IMG/VR virus record: IMGVR_UViG_3300032087_001028
Coordinates: 1 to 40,968 of that record
Reading direction: 5' to 3' (one strand)
Source: a virus
Taxonomy: Duplodnaviria > Caudoviricetes
Length of the DNA: 40,968 bases
Part shown: in pieces, positions 1 to 8,140 of the stretch
How positions within the stretch are numbered: the stretch's first letter is position 1
Layout: every line of letters begins with the position of its first letter
The notes under the pieces: generated by a model
The model's input: the letters and a program-made list of their open reading frames with translations, nothing else
Told to the model about the DNA's origin: nothing
Databases searched by the model: none
Translations under genes and position numbers: made by a program

Positions 1-1345
1 AAACATGGGTGCTGCTTTAATAAAAGAAGCAGCTCGTAAAACTGTGAAAGAAGCTGGAGATGGTACCACAACAGCAACAGTACTTGCGCATTCAATTTTA
101 CATTTAGCTAAAAAGCAAAATAATAATAATGTAAGATTTTTAAAAGAAGGTATTGATTCAGCTGTAAACAAAACAATAAAATACTTAGATGAAATAAGTA
201 TACCTGTTGTAGACGATATGGTTAAACAAGTTGCTACAATATCTGCTAACAATGATAATGAATTAGGCGGTAAAATCGGCGAAGCATTTTTATCAGTAGG
301 AAAAACAGGTGTAGTAGCAATGGAAGAATCTGATAACTCAGAAACATATATAGAAATAGTAGATGGTATACAGTATGATAGAGGTTTAAAAAACATGAGC
401 TTTGTAACAGATCAAGCTGGTAAAAAAGCAGAGTTAAATAAACCATTAATATTAATTGTAGAATCTAAAATTGAAAACGTAAGAAAAATACAAGCTGTAT
501 TAGAATACGTTATAAAACAAAGTAAACCTTTGCTTATTATAGCAGATGTAGAAACTAAAGTGTTAGCTGCATTAGCTATGAATAAAATAAAAGGCAATAT
601 TAAAATAAATGTTATTGACGCTCCTAATTTTGGTGTAACAAAGAAACAGGTATTAAATGATATTGCGTTAATGACTGGAGCTACAGTTATAAATGAGCAT
701 TTAGGTGATGATTTAGATTTAATACAACCAGAACATTTAGGTCAATGTGTTAAATCAATTACAACTGAATACGAAACTATTATACAAGTCGATGGCGTTT
801 CACAAGAAGTAGAACAAGTTATAGAGCAGGTGAAAAAAGATATAGCTAAAGAAACTAAACCAGGTGCTATAACAAGACTTGAAAAAAGACTAGCATTACT
901 ATCTGCTAAAATAGCTAATGTAAAAGTTGGCGCTAATTCAGATGTTGAATTAAAAGAAAAGAAAGATAGAGTTGAAGATGCTATTTGTGCTACAAGAGCC
1001 GCGATAAAAGAAGGTATAGTTCCAGGAGGAGGTATAGCTTTGTTAAATGCCGCATCAAAAATAAAATCTAAAAATAAAGCTGAACAAGTTTTATTAGATG
1101 CTATTAAATCACCATTTGAAACTATATTAGCAAACGCTGGTTTAGTTAATAGCAAGAAATTAAAAGAAGGTGAAGGTATAGACGTGGTTACAGGAAATAT
1201 GGTAAGCATGATTGACAATGGTATTATCGATCCATTGTTAGTTACAAAAAGCGCTTTAAAAAACGCGGCTTCTGTAGCTACTACTATTTTATCAACTGAT
1301 TGTGTAATTAATAATATAAGAATACATGAAGGCGATAGGAGATAA
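1..1345 (+). CDS. groEL: Phage-encoded group I chaperonin GroEL (5' truncated by window edge)
   Basis: AGDGTTTATVLA ATP-binding motif, KKDRVEDAICATRAA, GIVPGGG and GIIDP..V motifs. The frame is open from the window start, so the Met at 5 is internal. No C-terminal GGM tail. Confidence 0.95.
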   Translation, partial: NMGAALIKEAARKTVKEAGDGTTTATVLAHSILHLAKKQNNNNVRFLKEGIDSAVNKTIKYLDEISIPVVDDMVKQVATISANNDNELGGKIGEAFLSVGKTGVVAMEESDNSETYIEIVDGIQYDRGLKNMSFVTDQAGKKAELNKPLILIVESKIENVRKIQAVLEYVIKQSKPLLIIADVETKVLAALAMNKIKGNIKINVIDAPNFGVTKKQVLNDIALMTGATVINEHLGDDLDLIQPEHLGQCVKSITTEYETIIQVDGVSQEVEQVIEQVKKDIAKETKPGAITRLEKRLALLSAKIANVKVGANSDVELKEKKDRVEDAICATRAAIKEGIVPGGGIALLNAASKIKSKNKAEQVLLDAIKSPFETILANAGLVNSKKLKEGEGIDVVTGNMVSMIDNGIIDPLLVTKSALKNAASVATTILSTDCVINNIRIHEGDRR

Positions 1346-1586
1346 CTTAATTATTACACCTATGGAACAAGGTGTAGAAAAAACAAAAGGTGGTTTGCTT
1401 TTAACACATAGTCAAAGAGAAGATATTAGATTTAATAAAGCTAAAGTATTAACTCATGGCGACGATGTAAAAGGTATAAATAAAGGAGATGAAATATACT
1501 TTGATAGAAGAGCTGGTCACAAAATAGAAATAAATAAAGATACATATCACGTTATAAAAGCAAGAGACGTGGTCGTTGTTTTATGA
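1326..1586 (+). CDS. groES: Co-chaperonin GroES
   Basis: 86 aa. KAIGDNLII, mobile loop EKTKGGLLL, GDEIYF and C-terminal DVVVV match the GroES pattern. Overlaps the groEL stop. Confidence 0.9.
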   Translation: MKAIGDNLIITPMEQGVEKTKGGLLLTHSQREDIRFNKAKVLTHGDDVKGINKGDEIYFDRRAGHKIEINKDTYHVIKARDVVVVL

Positions 1587-2038
1587 AAAAGCTAGATGCA
1601 AGGCAAATTAAAGACTTGTCCTTGTTAAAACATTACCGTATAATACGCAAATGGGCTTGTAAAAACAACGGCTTAACTGATGCAGAACTAGAGTTATTAA
1701 TATATCTAGACTGTATAGGTTTATTTACAAAACATGATTTTGAAATAGGTACTTACTCTTATAGTTGGAATAATAGAAGATGGGCTAAGTTAAAACAAAA
1801 TGATTGGATTGTTGTATGGCGACATAGAAATAGAACAACTCAAAAATATAATATATACAAAGTTTCATTTAAAGGTCAGCAACTTATAAGTAGAATGTAT
1901 CGTATCATGTTGGGTGAAGAAGATATACCAACTAGCGTGAGAAGAAATAAAATAATGAAAGGTGATAGCTATATGAATAAAGTGCTACAAACTTCAATTA
2001 ATAATGTTAATAAAGATAAATCAAGATGGCTGACATAG
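1583..2038 (+). CDS. Putative winged-helix (MarR-like) DNA-binding protein
   Basis: GLTDAELELLIYL...LKQNDWIV...YKVSFKGQQLI resembles a wHTH with a wing. ATGA coupling to groES. Confidence 0.55.
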   Translation: MKKLDARQIKDLSLLKHYRIIRKWACKNNGLTDAELELLIYLDCIGLFTKHDFEIGTYSYSWNNRRWAKLKQNDWIVVWRHRNRTTQKYNIYKVSFKGQQLISRMYRIMLGEEDIPTSVRRNKIMKGDSYMNKVLQTSINNVNKDKSRWLT

Positions 2039-2718
2039 AATATAAAGCTGTAAAAAGCAGTACTGATCATTCTAATTTAATTAGGGTTATAGGTCAAAAC
2101 TCAAATGTAGACGGAGACTCAACTGTTGGTGATATGGCTAATCTTCAGCCAGATGATCTTATTAGTGCTGGAGATGCGGCTGCTAGATCTAGAACTGGTT
2201 TAACTGGTCTTGAAGCAAAAGTGAAACAATTAGAAAGTCAGGGTGGAGCTTCTAATCCTGAGTATGTTAGATTAAAAGCTAAACTTGATAAAAAGAATTT
2301 AAGAAGACAGGCTAGAGCTGCTAAAAAAAATATAAGAAAATTTGGATCAGACGCTACTATTGGAGCAACTGATTTTATGAAGGATATAGATCAAGGATCT
2401 GTTGGTGAAACACAGAGTAGAATTAAAAAAAGATTTGGTAAGTTTTTAGAAAGAACTGAAACTGGAGATACTTTTGATAAACTAAGAATTGAAAGAGAAA
2501 AGAAAATAACTCAAGAGAAACTTGAAAAAGAAAGAAAAGCAAAAGAAATTGAAGAAGAGTTAAATAAAAAGAAAACTGATCTTAGCGGTGTTGTATTGAG
2601 TCCAGGTAGTAATCCTGATTACAATGTTGTTAATAAAAAAGGTAGACCTTTTATAGCTCACACTAATTCAATTACAGCTGGTCAACCTATTCGTAAAATG
2701 TTAAAAAACTTTAGATAA
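2026..2718 (+). CDS. Hypothetical charged, low-complexity protein
   Basis: 230-aa ORF overlapping both neighbours; Lys/Glu-rich. Confidence 0.75.
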   Translation: MADIEYKAVKSSTDHSNLIRVIGQNSNVDGDSTVGDMANLQPDDLISAGDAAARSRTGLTGLEAKVKQLESQGGASNPEYVRLKAKLDKKNLRRQARAAKKNIRKFGSDATIGATDFMKDIDQGSVGETQSRIKKRFGKFLERTETGDTFDKLRIEREKKITQEKLEKERKAKEIEEELNKKKTDLSGVVLSPGSNPDYNVVNKKGRPFIAHTNSITAGQPIRKMLKNFR

Positions 2719-3158
2719 TGCCTTATCAAGATTGGTACACAACAGCAACAAACGCGGCTAGTAATCAAGGATTACCACCAGCATTAGTTCCACCAACAGG
2801 TAGTTTTATAGCGCCACAAAGACAACCGCTTGTGCCTATAAATGCAGAGCCAGTTGGTGAAGTTCAAAATACAAATCAAAACCAACAACCAAGTACTTTT
2901 GCTGGCTCTAGTTTAAGAACAGCTGGAAGATTTGAAAAATCTAATGCGTTTGTAAATCCAATGGATATTAACAGAGCTATTACAGGAGGCGCTAGTAACG
3001 ATATAGTAACAGAGCGTAGAACAATACCACAGCGGGTAAAAAGTTCAATAGAAACAAACATAATGTCACAAGAGCAAATGATGCCTTATGATTATCAAAC
3101 AGAATCAAGAGTAGGTGATCCAATGGAAAGTCTATATTCTTCAACATATAAATTATAA
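2718..3158 (+). CDS. Hypothetical Pro/Gln-rich, probably disordered protein
   Basis: 146-aa ORF with TAATG stop/start coupling. Confidence 0.75.
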   Translation: MPYQDWYTTATNAASNQGLPPALVPPTGSFIAPQRQPLVPINAEPVGEVQNTNQNQQPSTFAGSSLRTAGRFEKSNAFVNPMDINRAITGGASNDIVTERRTIPQRVKSSIETNIMSQEQMMPYDYQTESRVGDPMESLYSSTYKL

Positions 3159-3161
3159 AAT

Positions 3162-3335
3162 ATGAGCACAAACAAAAATCAATCAGGACAACAGTGGATA
3201 TGGGAAGGACCATTAGATCCATCAGGAATGCCAATGGGTAAAGGTAATAGTATAAATAGTATGAAACTAAAATTAGCTTCTCCTGCAATGGGTGCTTGTT
3301 GTCAACCAATTACAGAAGTAGCGAAAAGAGGTTAA
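3162..3335 (+). CDS. Small hypothetical protein, 57 aa (not in ORF track)
   Basis: Translated by hand: MSTNKNQSGQQWIWEGPLDPSGMPMGKG...CCQPITEVAKRG*. Fills the gap between two + strand genes. Confidence 0.75.
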   Translation: MSTNKNQSGQQWIWEGPLDPSGMPMGKGNSINSMKLKLASPAMGACCQPITEVAKRG

Positions 3336-3349
3336 TAAAAAAAACTTAA

Positions 3350-3832
3350 ATGTCAATGTCAAACTTTACATCAAATCAAGCTAGTTATGCAATAGACGTA
3401 ATACCTAGCGACACTATAAATATTCCACAGCCATATATAGTGGTTTCAAGCAATAACACAGCTGTTTCAGCTGATGACTTAATAGACGGTACTAAAGACT
3501 TTGTAGAACTAGGCGTGTCTCAAGGAGACGTAGTATACAACGTAACTGATGGAACTATTGCCACTGTGACAAGTAGAATTAGTGCAACTGCATTAAAACT
3601 AAGTGCTAATATATTCACAGCAACTCCTAAGTCTTATGAAATTTATCAAGGTAATCCTAAACCTAATTCTTTTTTATTATACGTGGGTGCAGCTGGTGAT
3701 GTTTCTATTGAAACTTCTGCAGGAAAACCAGTGGTATTAAAAAACGTAGGTAATGCTTCTTTTATTCCAATTAATGTAAGTAGAGTAAATGCAGCAGGAA
3801 CAACAGCTTCAGATATAATCGCTTTATTATAA
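3350..3832 (+). CDS. Putative capsid vertex spike-base protein (RcGTA rcc01079-like) with an inserted domain
   Basis: VIPSDT ... LYVGAAGDV ... FIPINVSRVNAAGTTASDIIAL matches the recalled spike-base pattern. About 75 aa are inserted between the N-terminal motif and LYVG. Confidence 0.6.
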   Translation: MSMSNFTSNQASYAIDVIPSDTINIPQPYIVVSSNNTAVSADDLIDGTKDFVELGVSQGDVVYNVTDGTIATVTSRISATALKLSANIFTATPKSYEIYQGNPKPNSFLLYVGAAGDVSIETSAGKPVVLKNVGNASFIPINVSRVNAAGTTASDIIALL

Positions 3833-3838
3833 TACAGC

Positions 3839-4003
3839 ATGTCATCAATATTAGGTACTTCAAATGCCATACTAGGTTTACCAGTAGATCCAGGCTCAGG
3901 TAGTTCACCAAGTGTAGACTTTATTATAGCTGAAAACGGTATAGACTTTTTTATTGCTGAAACTACAACACCTTCACTAAAGTTTATGATAAAAAATCCA
4001 TAA
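3839..4003 (+). CDS. Small 54-aa putative fibre adaptor (not in ORF track)
   Basis: Translated by hand: MSSILGTSNAILGLPVDPGSGSSPSVDFIIAENGIDFFIAETTTPSLKFMIKNP*. Fills the gap exactly. Confidence 0.7.
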   Translation: MSSILGTSNAILGLPVDPGSGSSPSVDFIIAENGIDFFIAETTTPSLKFMIKNP

Positions 4004-4006
4004 CAA

Positions 4007-5581
4007 ATGGCAAATATAAAGTTTTCACAATTTACAGTAGAAACCGCGAAAGCAGATGTAGATTTTTTAGTAGGTTATTCTGGTCCAGATAACGTACAAA
4101 TATCACCTACAAATTTATTAGCAGATTATCCAGCTGGTTCTGGAGCTGCAGGTCAAGTAACTTTTTTTAGTGCTGCTTCTACAGTAACTGGAGATAATGA
4201 TTTTTATTGGGATAATGTAAATAAAAGATTAGGTATTGGAACTACCAGTCCTGATTACAATTTACATGTTAAAAAAGCTAGCACTAACACTTCGATAACG
4301 ATAGAAGGTAGTACAAATGCAGGTGCTAATTTTTCATCTAAATTAAATTTTTCAAACAAAGGTATATCTGGAAACGATATAGATTTTACTATTGGTTTAA
4401 AAAAGACAAATAATCTTGTTTTCATGGGTGATGCTGCTGCTAATGAATTAATGAGAATAGAAGGAAATACCGGTGATGTTGGTATTGGAACTGCTACTCC
4501 ATCTGCTAAACTACATGTAGACGGAACACTTATTGCAACTGGTGTATCACAACTTGGATCAGGCGGTTCTAATGTATTATTAACATCTTCTAGTGCAGGT
4601 GATGTAGGTATAGGAGATAGTAGTCCTACTGCAAAGTTAGTTGTCAACAATGTTGGTACTAAAATGCTAGAATTAAAAAGAAGTGGTAATATTAAATTTA
4701 GAGTTTTAGCAGATGCAAATCACGGGCAACTTAACATGTTTAATTCAGGATCTTCAAATACAGTAAGATTGCATACGAGTGGTGATTCATATTTTAATGG
4801 TGGTAACGTAGGTATTGGAACTACTAGTCCTACAACTAAACTACATATTGACGAATCAGGAACAACTTCACCTGCTTTATTTATTGATACTGCAAGATAT
4901 GGAGCTTATATAATTGGTGACGGAACAAGTAATTCTCAATATTTATTAAATTTGCAAAGTAATGGAGGTTCTACTGAAGTTATGAGAGTTCAGTCATCTG
5001 GTAACGTAGGTATTGGAACTACTAGTCCTCAAGAAAAGCTAGATATTTCAGGTGGCAGCATAAGGTTAGACGATAATCAAAAAATCACCTGGTCTACCAA
5101 TGACTCAAATATCGGTAGAGTTAGAATAACAGGTAACGAATCAAATGATTTTTTAACATTTGTTACCGACAATTCTGAAAAAATGCGTATCAACTCTTTA
5201 GGTAACGTAGGTATAGGAACTACTAGTCCTGTATCTAAATTAGATGTTGCAGGAAACATACAGGCTACAGGTACAAGATTTATTAATTGTTTATTCGACT
5301 CAAATCATTATATGCGACTTGAATCCAACAGTAGTGGAGGTTTATTAAAAGGAGCAGATGGAGGTGTTATAACAACTTTAGTTAGAAGTTATGGTGATTC
5401 ATATTTTAACGGCGGTAATTTTGGTATTGGAACTAGTAGTCCAGCATCTAAATTAGAAGTTGATGGAGGTGATATTGAAGTAGATGATTCAGCAAGCGGT
5501 TTAATATTAAGATCACCTGATGGCACAAGATATAGAGTAACAGTAGCAAATGGAGGTACATTATCAGTATCTGCAGTATAG
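4007..5581 (+). CDS. Fibre protein (head or tail fibre) with GNVGIGTTSP repeats
   Basis: About seven G[ND]xGIGxxxP repeats separated by short modules, and a C-terminal LILRSPDGTRYRVTVANGGTL cap; typical of phage fibres. Confidence 0.85.
   Translation: MANIKFSQFTVETAKADVDFLVGYSGPDNVQISPTNLLADYPAGSGAAGQVTFFSAASTVTGDNDFYWDNVNKRLGIGTTSPDYNLHVKKASTNTSITIEGSTNAGANFSSKLNFSNKGISGNDIDFTIGLKKTNNLVFMGDAAANELMRIEGNTGDVGIGTATPSAKLHVDGTLIATGVSQLGSGGSNVLLTSSSAGDVGIGDSSPTAKLVVNNVGTKMLELKRSGNIKFRVLADANHGQLNMFNSGSSNTVRLHTSGDSYFNGGNVGIGTTSPTTKLHIDESGTTSPALFIDTARYGAYIIGDGTSNSQYLLNLQSNGGSTEVMRVQSSGNVGIGTTSPQEKLDISGGSIRLDDNQKITWSTNDSNIGRVRITGNESNDFLTFVTDNSEKMRINSLGNVGIGTTSPVSKLDVAGNIQATGTRFINCLFDSNHYMRLESNSSGGLLKGADGGVITTLVRSYGDSYFNGGNFGIGTSSPASKLEVDGGDIEVDDSASGLILRSPDGTRYRVTVANGGTLSVSAV
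4802..5230 (+). repeat. Dispersed 30-nt direct repeats within the fibre gene
   Basis: GGTAACGTAGGTATTGGAACTACTAGTCCT is identical at 4802 and 5000, and has one mismatch at 5201. Confidence 0.85.
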
Positions 5582-5616
5582 TAAAAATACAATAATAATA
5601 ATTTAAAACTAAAACA

Positions 5617-6039
5617 ATGGGACACGGATACACGGGTAATCACCCAAGATACACGATGATTCACGATAGAGAATTAATTTACGATGCAAAAAAACAATTG
5701 CACAGAGCAGACAAAGCACTACATGCTTATGATGATAAAAAGCATGCTACTAAAAGTTATGGCGAAAAAAATGAAGCTGTAATGTCTTATAGTAGTGAAG
5801 CTGATAAAGCAGCCGCTATGATGCTTCCAGGTAAAATACACCCACTAAGTGATGTTTATGGAAAAGTTAGAAACCTAGAAACATATATGCCAGTTGATAA
5901 TAGAGCTGCAGCTAAAAAATTAAATAAAGGCGGCAAAAAAATTGATGCAATGGGAGATGGCGATGGTGATGTAGATGCTAATGATTTTGCTATGATTAGA
6001 GAAGGCGCTAAGAAAAAAGGATGTAGCTATAAGAGATAA
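5617..6039 (+). CDS. Hypothetical protein with an acidic EF-hand-like loop
   Basis: 140 aa with an A-rich leader; DAMGDGDGDVDANDF near the C-terminus. Confidence 0.75.
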   Translation: MGHGYTGNHPRYTMIHDRELIYDAKKQLHRADKALHAYDDKKHATKSYGEKNEAVMSYSSEADKAAAMMLPGKIHPLSDVYGKVRNLETYMPVDNRAAAKKLNKGGKKIDAMGDGDGDVDANDFAMIREGAKKKGCSYKR

Positions 6040-6356
6040 TGGCTTTTAAAATAAACCCACCATATCATATTGATAACACGCCGATATATAAAGTTGATTT
6101 TAAAGATGGCGCTGTTCACGGTGTTACTTTAAACACAGGGGCAATTGTTATAAATAGACATTTACCTACTGACGTAGAGTCTCAGACTGTTAGTCATGAG
6201 ATGGTTCATGTAGATCAAATAAAACGCGGTGATTTGTCTTATGATGATAAATATGTTTATTGGCGTGGTAAAAAATATCCAAGATCTAAAATGAAAGAAG
6301 GTGATAAAAATCTACCTTGGGAAAAAGAAGCTTATGCAAAACAAAAAAGAATTTAA
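6039..6356 (+). CDS. Small zincin-like metallopeptidase
   Basis: HEMVH (HExxH) followed by PWEKEAY, which supplies a candidate third ligand Glu. Confidence 0.7.
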   Translation: MAFKINPPYHIDNTPIYKVDFKDGAVHGVTLNTGAIVINRHLPTDVESQTVSHEMVHVDQIKRGDLSYDDKYVYWRGKKYPRSKMKEGDKNLPWEKEAYAKQKRI

Positions 6357-6792
6357 AGACACAACAGTTGGTAAATTATTATTTGGAGCAGCGTCAGTTG
6401 TAAACCCAACTTTAGCTAATGTATTAAAAGGAGTAACATCCCCACAAGAAGCTATAGCTGAGATTACAAAATCTCCTGCGCCAGTTGAAGATAAAATTAA
6501 ACTTCAACAATTAATATTTGATCAACAGAATAAAGAAATAGAGGCTATTACTTCAAGATGGAAAGCAGACTCAATGTCTGATTCTTGGATGTCTAAAAAC
6601 GTAAGACCATTAGTTTTAATATGGTGTATTGTTATATTTTCATTTGCTGGAATATTAGATAGCGTAGAAAGTATACCTTTTACGATACATGATAATTGGA
6701 ACTCAACTTTTGAAAATGTTATGATGGCCGTTGTATTAGCCTATTTTGGAGGACGCACAACAGAAAAAGCAACTAGTATATTTAAAAAGTAA
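6334..6792 (+). CDS. Holin-like membrane protein (GTA 3TM holin family-like)
   Basis: RWKAD..SDSWMSKNVRP, two hydrophobic segments and YFGGR. Start placed at the ATG at 6334 rather than the GTG at 6301. Confidence 0.65.
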   Translation: MQNKKEFKDTTVGKLLFGAASVVNPTLANVLKGVTSPQEAIAEITKSPAPVEDKIKLQQLIFDQQNKEIEAITSRWKADSMSDSWMSKNVRPLVLIWCIVIFSFAGILDSVESIPFTIHDNWNSTFENVMMAVVLAYFGGRTTEKATSIFKK

Positions 6793-6818
6793 AATACTAA
6801 TAAAATAAGTGACTATAA
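6789..6818 (+). promoter_or_regulatory. Candidate phage late promoter GTAAA-N12-TAAGTGAYTATAA (copy 1)
   Basis: The same bipartite motif with identical spacing occurs at 22875-22904. Both copies overlap a stop codon and lie upstream of a + strand gene. Confidence 0.55.
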
Positions 6819-6857
6819 TTAAGTAAACAATTATTAAAATTAAATAAAAATTAAATT

Positions 6858-7118
6858 ATGAGTGAAGAAATTAAAAAAGTCAAAGAAGAAGATTTAAAAA
6901 AGATTCAAGAAAATCAAAAACAAATGGCTCAAGTTATAAATCAAGTTGGCGCTATTGAAGCACAAAAACAAGATTTATTAGCTCAAGTTCCAGTAATTAG
7001 AAAAGAAATGGACGAGTTAAAAGCTGAGTTAGAAAAAGAGTATGGTAAAGTAAGTATTAACTTAGTAGATGGTACTTATGAAGAAATTCCAGAAGAAACT
7101 CTTAAAAAAGTAGACTAA
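6858..7118 (+). CDS. Small coiled-coil hypothetical protein
   Basis: 86 aa, heptad-like Glu/Lys/Gln pattern ending KEYGKVSINLVDGTY. Confidence 0.8.
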   Translation: MSEEIKKVKEEDLKKIQENQKQMAQVINQVGAIEAQKQDLLAQVPVIRKEMDELKAELEKEYGKVSINLVDGTYEEIPEETLKKVD

Positions 7119-7345
7119 TGTATTCTAATATAAGAAAAATCAGTATTGGTGCTGATTATAAAAATGATGCTATGCATTATTCTATAGGTCAACAGGTTTA
7201 CGGAGGACATGAAATACACTGTATAATGCTTGATGAATCTGATAGTTCTTATAATATTTATATAAAGAAAAACGATGAGGTATTGCCATGGAAGAAATTT
7301 AATTCTAACATGGCTATATCCGTTGAATATGATTTAGAATATTAA
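7118..7345 (+). CDS. Hypothetical protein
   Basis: 75 aa, TAATG-coupled at both ends. Confidence 0.8.
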   Translation: MYSNIRKISIGADYKNDAMHYSIGQQVYGGHEIHCIMLDESDSSYNIYIKKNDEVLPWKKFNSNMAISVEYDLEY

Positions 7346-7944
7346 TGAAAAGTATTCAAAATTTTATTATATCACCGCTTAATAATAGATATGAAAATGA
7401 AATTAAAATCGGTGATAAAAAGTTAATTATAAACACTTCAATAGAAGAATTTGAGTTTATAAGTAGATTTGCTAAAGTAATAGCGACACCTACTGCTTAT
7501 AAAACAGATATAAATATTGGAGATATAGTTGTTGTTCATCATAATATATTTAGACGATGGTATGATCAACAAGGTAGCGAAAGAAACTCTGCTTCTTATT
7601 TTAATGAAGACTTATATTTTGCAGCACCTGATCAAATATATTTATATAACAATAATGGTAATTGGAAAACGTTTGGTGATTATTGTTTTATTAAACCAGT
7701 TAAAGACAAAGAATTAGTTGGTTTTGTAAAGTATAATAATAAAGAACTAAAAAACAAAGGTATAAACACTGGTGATTTAGTTGGTTATCCACCAAAACGC
7801 GAATGGAGATTTTTAATTGATGAAGAACTTTTATATTGTATGAAATCTAAAAATATCTTTGCTAAGTATGAAAACAAAGGAAACGAAGTTGAATATAATC
7901 CACGCTGGGCAAAAAGCAGTGGAAGAGTTAATAAAAGTAGCTAA
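7345..7944 (+). CDS. Hypothetical protein with possible tandem GroES-like domains
   Basis: FIISP..AKVIATP..INIGDIVVV and YCFIKPV..GFVKY..GINTGDLVGY each resemble GroES-like beta-barrel strands. Confidence 0.5.
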   Translation: MKSIQNFIISPLNNRYENEIKIGDKKLIINTSIEEFEFISRFAKVIATPTAYKTDINIGDIVVVHHNIFRRWYDQQGSERNSASYFNEDLYFAAPDQIYLYNNNGNWKTFGDYCFIKPVKDKELVGFVKYNNKELKNKGINTGDLVGYPPKREWRFLIDEELLYCMKSKNIFAKYENKGNEVEYNPRWAKSSGRVNKSS

Positions 7945-8140
7945 AGAACCTATTGTAGATAGTGACGATGATATATCAGCTGATCGTTTAAAAAACGCTG
8001 CTGCTACTAAAAAACTAGCTATATTCGATGCTTTTGAAATACTTAATCGTATACAAGAAGAAAAAGATATGTTAGAAAGCAAACCAAAAGAAACTAAACA
8101 AAGTACTTTTAAAGGTTTTGCAGAGGGGAGATCTAAATAA
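7868..8140 (+). CDS. Probable terminase small subunit
   Basis: Small helical protein coupled (TAATG) directly upstream of terL. Function inferred from position only. Confidence 0.5.
   Translation: MKTKETKLNIIHAGQKAVEELIKVAKEPIVDSDDDISADRLKNAAATKKLAIFDAFEILNRIQEEKDMLESKPKETKQSTFKGFAEGRSK

Noticed and set aside
246-1218. Minus-strand ORFs opposite groEL, and similar antisense ORFs elsewhere (e.g. 4255-4650, 30540-32538, 34083-34412, 39299-39619)
   Set aside because: Shadow ORFs of well-supported + strand genes, with low-complexity S/F/L/I content and no motifs.
4802-5230. 30-nt repeats as a CRISPR array or DGR template/variable pair
   Set aside because: They are in-frame coding repeats about 200 nt apart. 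No cas or reverse transcriptase gene is present, and there is no adenine-specific mismatch pattern.
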